Part shown: positions 58,350 through 64,000 of the stretch, piece by piece
How the letters are laid out: every line of letters begins with the position of its first letter
How positions within the stretch are numbered: position 1 is the first letter of the stretch
Assembly (NCBI GenBank): GCA_034521445.1
Contig: JAXHMM010000010.1
Location: 12,949 to 76,948, forward strand
Direction of reading: 5' to 3'
Source of the DNA: Balneolaceae bacterium
GTDB taxonomy: Bacteria; Bacteroidota; Rhodothermia; Balneolales; Balneolaceae
DNA length: 64,000 nt
Translations under genes and position numbers: made by a program
Notes under the pieces: model-generated
The model's database searches: none
What the model saw: the letters and a program-made list of their open reading frames with translations, nothing else
Told to the model about the DNA's origin: nothing

Positions 58350-60584
58350 ATGAAGAATCTATCCATTCGATTCGCCCTGTTGACCCTCCTTGCGCTGCTC
58401 ATGGTCTCCGCAACGGCGCCCGAAGCCGGTGCTCAGCAGCCTTTCACCATTGACGACGCCCTTGACGTCCATTCGGTCTCACTGGCTGACATGACCGACG
58501 ACGGCCGCTGGCTGGCTGTGCTGACCAGCACCCGCAGGAGCGGCATGGGCGAGGACCACGGCCGATTCGGCGACGCCACCTATATCGAGCCGGACGCCTC
58601 CGAGCTGCTGGTCATCGACAGCCGCAGCGGGGAGACCACGCGGCCTTTCGACGATCCCGTGCAGATCCGCGGGCTGCAGTGGTCGCCCGACGGTGCCACG
58701 CTGGCCTTCTTCATGCTGCGGGAGGGCGACGAGTCCTATACCTTGCATCTGTATGACAGACAGTCAAATAGCACGGAACAGCTAGAACTTTACTCGGACA
58801 AGCGCATCTCCTCCAGCTCTGACATCACCTGGCACCCCGACGGGGAGCACCTGGTGCTGGAGCTGCGCGAGACCGGCTGGGCCGATTCGGCCCGCGCCCT
58901 TTACAACTACATGGAGGAGGGGCCTGTGATCGTGCAGGATTCACGCAACGACTTTCTGGCCTGGGAACGTGTTCACAACCACGCCGACCTGGCTGTACTG
59001 ACCGCGGTGAATACCGCCGACGGTTCGGTGCGCGAGCTGCTTCCGGAGATGAACTACTCCTCCTTTAACCTGGCCGAGAGCGGCGATTTCTTCACCTACG
59101 AGCGGAATTACCCGCTTAAAACAGGCTATGCCTACGAAGACGATTCGGAGTCCGAACTGCTGCTGCAGGAGTGGGAGGGCGGTGAATCCCGCACGCTGGT
59201 GGCGCGCACCTCCGACAACATCTCCACCGACTGGAACCCGGCAGGCGACCGCTACGCCTTCAGCGAGGACGGCAACGTCTTTGTACGGGAGGTGGACGCC
59301 GACTCCGCCCGGAATCTTACCGCGGATTTCCGCCAGACCGTCAGCGCCGAGGGCGATACCACCGAGTACGACTTCAGCGTGGAGGAGTGGCACCCGCAGG
59401 GCGGACAGCTGCTGGTGGAGTCGGACGACGGCTGGCACCTGCTGAAGGCTGACGGTTCGGGCATGGAGCTGGTGTATGAGGCGCCCGAAAACGAGGACGA
59501 GGCGCCGGAGCGCGACCTGGAGCACTGGACCGACGACGGACGGTGGCTCTACCTCAGCTATTCCGAGCAGGACCGCTGGTGGCGTGGACTCACCCGCTAC
59601 GACCTGCAGGAGCGCAGCATGCAGACCCTGCGGGTGGACGCCAACCTCTACGACGACTGGGAATTCTCAGGGGATGGAAACACCATTCTCTTTGAGATGT
59701 CCGACGGCGACCATCCCACCGAACTCTACACGGCCGGCCCCGAACTGCAGAACCTGCGGCAGCTCACCGACCTGGACCCCTGGCTGGAAGACCGTACCCT
59801 TACCCGCACCGAACTGGTGCAGTATATGGACGTGGACGGGGATACACTCTACGGCATCCTCTATTACCCCGTAAACTACGAGGAGGGTAAGCACTATCCC
59901 CTTGTGGCGCAGGTATATGAGAACTATTTCTCGAATGGTTTTAACCCTGCCATGAATCTAATTGCCAATGCGGGCTTCTTCGGTTTCCGTCCCTCGGTAA
60001 ACCTGGAGGAGGGCTACCCGGGCGAGGGCTGGATCAAGGGAGTGACCACCGCCATCAACAAACTGATGGAAAGGGGACTGGTGGACGGTTCCAAGCTGGG
60101 CGTGCAGGGCACCTCCTACGGAGGATACGCCGTGAACCTGCTCATCACACAAACCGACCGATTTGCCGCTGCCATTAACATTTCCGGCAAGGTGAACATG
60201 ATCAGCTTCCTGGGCGACAGTCCCAAGATCACCACGCGCAACTACGACGCGGCGGAGGTGGGACAGGACCGCATCGGCGCCACCCTGTGGGAGGCCACCG
60301 ACAAGTACATCGCCCACAGCGCCGTGTTCTACGCCGACCGCATCGAGACGCCCCTGCTCATGCTTACCGGGGAGGGTGACTGGAACGTGCCGGCCACCAA
60401 CCAGCGCGAGATGTACTACGCGCTGCGCAGGCTGGGCAAGACCGTCAAGTGGGTGCACTACATGGAGGCGGGCCACGGGGCGGGCCGCGCGGGCCGGGTG
60501 GAGGACTTCCACCACCACTGGAATACGGTCATCGACTTCTACAACGAGCAGTTTTACCCGGAAGAGGAGGGCGGGGAGAACTAG
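58350..60584 (+). CDS. S9 family serine peptidase with N-terminal beta-propeller, secreted
   Basis: ATG at 58350 gives signal peptide MKNLSIRFALLTLLALLMVSATAPEAGAQ. WD40-like/TolB-like repeats, then catalytic GTSYGGY and a distal HG. Confidence 0.88.
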   Translation: MKNLSIRFALLTLLALLMVSATAPEAGAQQPFTIDDALDVHSVSLADMTDDGRWLAVLTSTRRSGMGEDHGRFGDATYIEPDASELLVIDSRSGETTRPFDDPVQIRGLQWSPDGATLAFFMLREGDESYTLHLYDRQSNSTEQLELYSDKRISSSSDITWHPDGEHLVLELRETGWADSARALYNYMEEGPVIVQDSRNDFLAWERVHNHADLAVLTAVNTADGSVRELLPEMNYSSFNLAESGDFFTYERNYPLKTGYAYEDDSESELLLQEWEGGESRTLVARTSDNISTDWNPAGDRYAFSEDGNVFVREVDADSARNLTADFRQTVSAEGDTTEYDFSVEEWHPQGGQLLVESDDGWHLLKADGSGMELVYEAPENEDEAPERDLEHWTDDGRWLYLSYSEQDRWWRGLTRYDLQERSMQTLRVDANLYDDWEFSGDGNTILFEMSDGDHPTELYTAGPELQNLRQLTDLDPWLEDRTLTRTELVQYMDVDGDTLYGILYYPVNYEEGKHYPLVAQVYENYFSNGFNPAMNLIANAGFFGFRPSVNLEEGYPGEGWIKGVTTAINKLMERGLVDGSKLGVQGTSYGGYAVNLLITQTDRFAAAINISGKVNMISFLGDSPKITTRNYDAAEVGQDRIGATLWEATDKYIAHSAVFYADRIETPLLMLTGEGDWNVPATNQREMYYALRRLGKTVKWVHYMEAGHGAGRAGRVEDFHHHWNTVIDFYNEQFYPEEEGGEN

Positions 60585-60620
60585 GATCGCTCGCCGGCAA
60601 AACCGGTACCTGCGGAGGCC

Positions 60621-61532
60621 TCAGTCCATCCATGCCGCGAAAACCTCGGCGAAGCGTTCGGGGGAGGCGGGGTCCATGTTGAAGTAGAGGGAGGGTTCGA
60701 TCAGCTCCAGCTCCATGAGGGCGAATCGGCCGTCCTCCATCCGCACGAAATCGATGCGGCTGTAGAGGGGCTGGGGACGGATGAATTCCATGGCCCGTTC
60801 GGCCGCCTCACGAAGGGCAGTCTCGGGCTCCTGGACGAGCTTCAGCCTTCCCCCGTGCTCCTCCTGCACGCGGAAGTCGCCGCTTTTGGGCGTTTTGAGA
60901 ATGGTGTGGCTGTAGCTCTCCCCGAAGTAGAAGAGAGAGTACTCGCCCTCGGAAATGATGTTCTTCACGAAGGGCTGCACCAGGAAGGGCAGCCCGGCGA
61001 AGGATTTCCGCAGGCCGTCCGGCAACTCCACGACCGGATCGGCGGACACCCGGACCCGGTAGGTGTGGTCGGCGTTGGCGCTCACCAGCGGCTTGAGGAT
61101 CAGCTCATCGGTGTCCAGCTCCTGCGCCCAGCCGCGAATCCATGCGCGCCAGGCACCGGCGTCCGCCTCAGCCGGGAGATCCCTGTCGCCTGCACAGGGC
61201 CATAGCGTGGGGACGGTGGGCACGCCGCGGCGCTCCATGTCGCGAAGGTAGCGCTTGCTGATGTTCCACTCCACCAGTTCCAGGCGGTTTTCCAGGCGGG
61301 CCGGGGAGGCGTCGATTTCCCGGAGCACCTCCATGAATGCCCCGGGGTCGTCCTGGTAGTCCCACGGCGTGCGTATCACCACCGCCTCGAAACGCTCCCA
61401 GCGCGGGTCGGGATCCCGCCAGGGCACCTCGGTCACCTCCCACCCGCGTTGGCGCAGGGGTTCGTAAAGCAGGTGGTCATAGACCACAAACTCCTCCAGG
61501 TTGTCCATCGTAAGAAATGCGCAATGCCGCAT
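60621..61532 (-). CDS. ATP-grasp-like protein (RimK/GshB-type), function unknown
   Basis: 303-aa ORF. By-eye resemblance to ATP-grasp family hypothetical proteins (N-terminal pre-ATP-grasp, C-terminal ELELIEPSL). No motif-level proof. Confidence 0.45.
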   Translation of the reverse strand: MRHCAFLTMDNLEEFVVYDHLLYEPLRQRGWEVTEVPWRDPDPRWERFEAVVIRTPWDYQDDPGAFMEVLREIDASPARLENRLELVEWNISKRYLRDMERRGVPTVPTLWPCAGDRDLPAEADAGAWRAWIRGWAQELDTDELILKPLVSANADHTYRVRVSADPVVELPDGLRKSFAGLPFLVQPFVKNIISEGEYSLFYFGESYSHTILKTPKSGDFRVQEEHGGRLKLVQEPETALREAAERAMEFIRPQPLYSRIDFVRMEDGRFALMELELIEPSLYFNMDPASPERFAEVFAAWMD

Positions 61533-61702
61533 GGGAGAGGGCAGGGGGTTGGTTTTGGCCGGCCCGAAAAGTAGGGTATTGACAGCCTTTCGACAAGGGG
61601 CGCCGTCGCCTGCGGCCGGTGACTGAATGGGACGGGTAGATCAGCTATATTGGAGCTGTTCAAAGGCGGCAGACATTCACTCCCAGACAACAGACGGCAG
61701 TT

Positions 61703-62863
61703 ATGAGCGAAGTGAGAGATCGAGTCCGTTCGGTATTCGATCGGCAGTTCGGCGGCAGGCCTATGCTGGTCCGTTCCCCCGGACGCATCAACATCATCGG
61801 CGAGCACACCGATTACAACAGCGGATGGGTGCTTCCCGCCGCCATCGACCGCAGCCTGCTCTTCGGGCTGCGCCCCAACGAGCAGGGCAGGGGTAGGTTT
61901 TATGCGGTGGACAAGCAGGAGGGCTACGAGACCAGCCTGGGAGACGTCCTCACCCGCAGCAGCCTTGAGTGGGCCAACTATCTGATGGGGGTGATCAGCG
62001 TGATGCAAAACCGCGATGTGGAGATCCCCGGCTTGGATGTCGCCTTCAGCGGGAATGTACCCGTTGGCGCCGGTCTCTCCTCCTCGGCTGCCCTGACCGC
62101 CGGCTTTGCTTTCGGGCTTAACGAACTGTTCGGGCTGGGCATCGGCCGGGAATCCCTTGCACGTATCGCCCAGAAGGCCGAAAACGATTTCGTGGGCATG
62201 AAATGCGGGGTGATGGATCCCTTTGTGAATCTGCTTGCCTGCAAGGGACATGCCATGAAACTGGACTGCCGCACGCTGGACTACGAGCAGATTCCCCTGG
62301 AAGACGGAGACCTTGCCTTCGTGCTCTTCGACTCGCGGGTGCAGCGCGAGCTGACCACCTCGGAGTACAACAAGCGGCGCCGGCAGTGCGAGGAGGGGGT
62401 GAGCGTACTGCAGGCGCGCGGGGAGCGCATTCAGGCACTGCGGGATGCCGACGAGGCCATGCTGGAGCGCCACCAGGCAGAACTTGACCCCGTCATTCAC
62501 CGGCGCCTGCTCTTCGTGGTTCGCGAGAACGAACGCGTACACCGGGCCGGTGAAGCGCTCGGGACCGGCGACGGAAAGAAGCTGGGCAGGCTCATGAACG
62601 ATTCTCACTACGGGCTTCGCGACCTCTATGAGGTGACCTGCGAGGAGACTGATTTCCTGGCGGAGGAGGCCGCCGGGCTGGACGGCGTGCTGGGTTCCCG
62701 GCAGATGGGAGGGGGCTTCGGGGGCTGTACCCTCAACCTGGTGCGGCGGGAGGCGCTTGAGGAGATCTCGGCCCGGATGATAAAGGCCTATGAGGCGCGA
62801 TTTAACCGAGGGCCGGGCGTTTATACAGTGAACAGCAGCGAGGGTACGGAAGTGCTGGACTAG
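61703..62863 (+). CDS. galK: galactokinase
   Basis: 386 aa. Galactokinase signature GRINIIGEHTDYN and GHMP motif PVGAGLSSSAAL. Confidence 0.93.
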   Translation: MSEVRDRVRSVFDRQFGGRPMLVRSPGRINIIGEHTDYNSGWVLPAAIDRSLLFGLRPNEQGRGRFYAVDKQEGYETSLGDVLTRSSLEWANYLMGVISVMQNRDVEIPGLDVAFSGNVPVGAGLSSSAALTAGFAFGLNELFGLGIGRESLARIAQKAENDFVGMKCGVMDPFVNLLACKGHAMKLDCRTLDYEQIPLEDGDLAFVLFDSRVQRELTTSEYNKRRRQCEEGVSVLQARGERIQALRDADEAMLERHQAELDPVIHRRLLFVVRENERVHRAGEALGTGDGKKLGRLMNDSHYGLRDLYEVTCEETDFLAEEAAGLDGVLGSRQMGGGFGGCTLNLVRREALEEISARMIKAYEARFNRGPGVYTVNSSEGTEVLD

Positions 62864-62873
62864 GGAAGGCCGG

Positions 62874-64000
62874 TCAGTCGAATCCCAGGATCTGCACGCG
62901 CTGCAGCGTAAGGGAGTCGGGGTTGGACAGGTAGAGTTGCCCGTTCTGCGTCATGCCATTAACATTGATGCTTCCCTCGCGACCCTCCAGGATGGTGCCG
63001 TAGGAGGTGAGTCCGCTGCCCGGATCGAAGCGCTCCACCACAACCTGGTGCTCGGTTCCCTCGAAATAACGCAGCACATGAAGAAGTCCTCCGCCGCCGT
63101 CCCGGAACAGTCCCTGGGAACGCGTACGCGCGTGGACCAGCGTAGTGCTGCCGCCCTGCCGTATGGCGATGGAGAGGATGCTGTTGGGGGAGAGCTCCTC
63201 CATGGCCTCGCTCGGGCTGTTGTAATTCTGCTCGGTAACCAGCAGGGCCTCCTCCACGCGCCGGTAGCCCTCCAGGCGTTCCGAGAGGGACCACGTGCCG
63301 TCATCCCCCTCTTCATATATTCGCAGCTCACCGTCGTAGAAAGTGGGTACAAATGCCAGCCTGCCGTCTTCCAGCACCTGCAGTTGACCAGGGAAGGACT
63401 GGTAGGTGTTGACGATGCGATTGTCCTCCGACTGCACCAGGCTGTCCAGGGCAACCAGGGAAGTTTCTATGCGGGAGAGATCGGGGCTGAGGATATGCAC
63501 CGTACGTTCGCTGTCGGCGTGCCAGCCGGTCACCGCAAAGCGGCCGTCTGGCAGCTCAGTCATGTCCCTTGCTGATCGGAGCCCGTGGAGGGGTTCGCGT
63601 TTGATAAGATCGCCTTCTTCGTCAAAGAGGCTGAAGCGGGCGTTGCCGAAATCGCTGACGATCACGCGATTTTGACGGTCGACCACCATGTCTGAAATGG
63701 ACCCGAACTCTCCGGGTCCCTCGCCGGAGCGGCCAAACGCGCGGAGGTAGCTGCCGTCGGGGCCGTACACGAAGATGCGGCCGTTGTCCGAGTCGTAGAG
63801 GTAAATATCTCCCTCCGGGCCCGTGGCTACGTTGGCGATACCGCCCAGCAGCGGCGCGCTCTCGTCGGTGCCGTCCCCGCTCGCGATGCGCAGCTCCTCC
63901 TGCAGCGACAAGTCCACTTCGGTGGCCGTATTTTCCGGCTGCGACTCCTGATTGGAAGTACAGGAGGCTGCAAGGAGAAGGGTGCCGATAAGGAACAGGG
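62874..64000 (-). CDS. 6-bladed beta-propeller-type lipoprotein (N-terminus beyond right edge)
   Basis: The track ORF starts at an internal GTG (63917). Own upstream translation continues ...LFLIGTLLLAASCTSNQESQPENTATE, i.e. a signal peptide with lipobox LAAS/C. Repeated beta-strand pattern typical of NHL/6-bladed propellers. Confidence 0.6.
   Translation of the reverse strand, partial: LFLIGTLLLAASCTSNQESQPENTATEVDLSLQEELRIASGDGTDESAPLLGGIANVATGPEGDIYLYDSDNGRIFVYGPDGSYLRAFGRSGEGPGEFGSISDMVVDRQNRVIVSDFGNARFSLFDEEGDLIKREPLHGLRSARDMTELPDGRFAVTGWHADSERTVHILSPDLSRIETSLVALDSLVQSEDNRIVNTYQSFPGQLQVLEDGRLAFVPTFYDGELRIYEEGDDGTWSLSERLEGYRRVEEALLVTEQNYNSPSEAMEELSPNSILSIAIRQGGSTTLVHARTRSQGLFRDGGGGLLHVLRYFEGTEHQVVVERFDPGSGLTSYGTILEGREGSINVNGMTQNGQLYLSNPDSLTLQRVQILGFD

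Overview
Visibly GC-rich bacterial chromosome segment (GC not computed), packed almost end to end with housekeeping genes in long co-directional operons. Gene content points to a Bacteroidota/Rhodothermota-like, possibly halophilic organism (inference): bshC, a DUF4837 lipoprotein, a 6-bladed beta-propeller lipoprotein, a stand-alone atpDC pair, an Ssp/Rma-type DnaB intein and many acidic proteins. Order: APC permease fragment, exported-looking SAM methyltransferase, atpD-atpC, thioredoxin-like gene, PBP1A, lpxH-like, polyprenyl synthase, pgi, deoxynucleoside kinase, yceD-rpmF-plsX-fabH-fabD-fabG-acpP-fabF-rnc, dnaB with mini-intein, family-4 UDG, mtaB, DUF3224, nuoABCDEFGH (minus strand), BFN nuclease-bshC-MTHFS-PspC protein-tmk, SRPBCC gene, aroE-pgeF-dxr-rseP-psd-pssA, trp leader + trpE-trpS-trpG-trpD-trpC-trpF-trpB-trpA, DUF4837, bioF-esterase-bioC, an oppositely oriented permease-aminotransferase pair, bioD-bioA, a small CI/Ner-like regulatory cassette, S9 peptidase, ATP-grasp protein, galK, beta-propeller lipoprotein. 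I found no rRNA, tRNA, CRISPR array, transposase, integrase or recognisable multi-gene defence or accessory island, so I cannot point to a clear novel multi-gene system. The best leads are: (1) a family of GACTT(T/C)NN octamer arrays that bracket one gene in inverted orientation and form a foldback inside the nuo operon; (2) a predicted Trp-codon leader peptide/attenuator upstream of a trp operon that also carries trpS; (3) a natural endonuclease-less DnaB mini-intein plus an SSB-like disordered acidic tail on DnaB; (4) an orphan phage-type CI/Ner-like divergent switch with a 72-aa unknown ORF. The many long antisense ORFs in the track are treated as GC-driven shadow ORFs.
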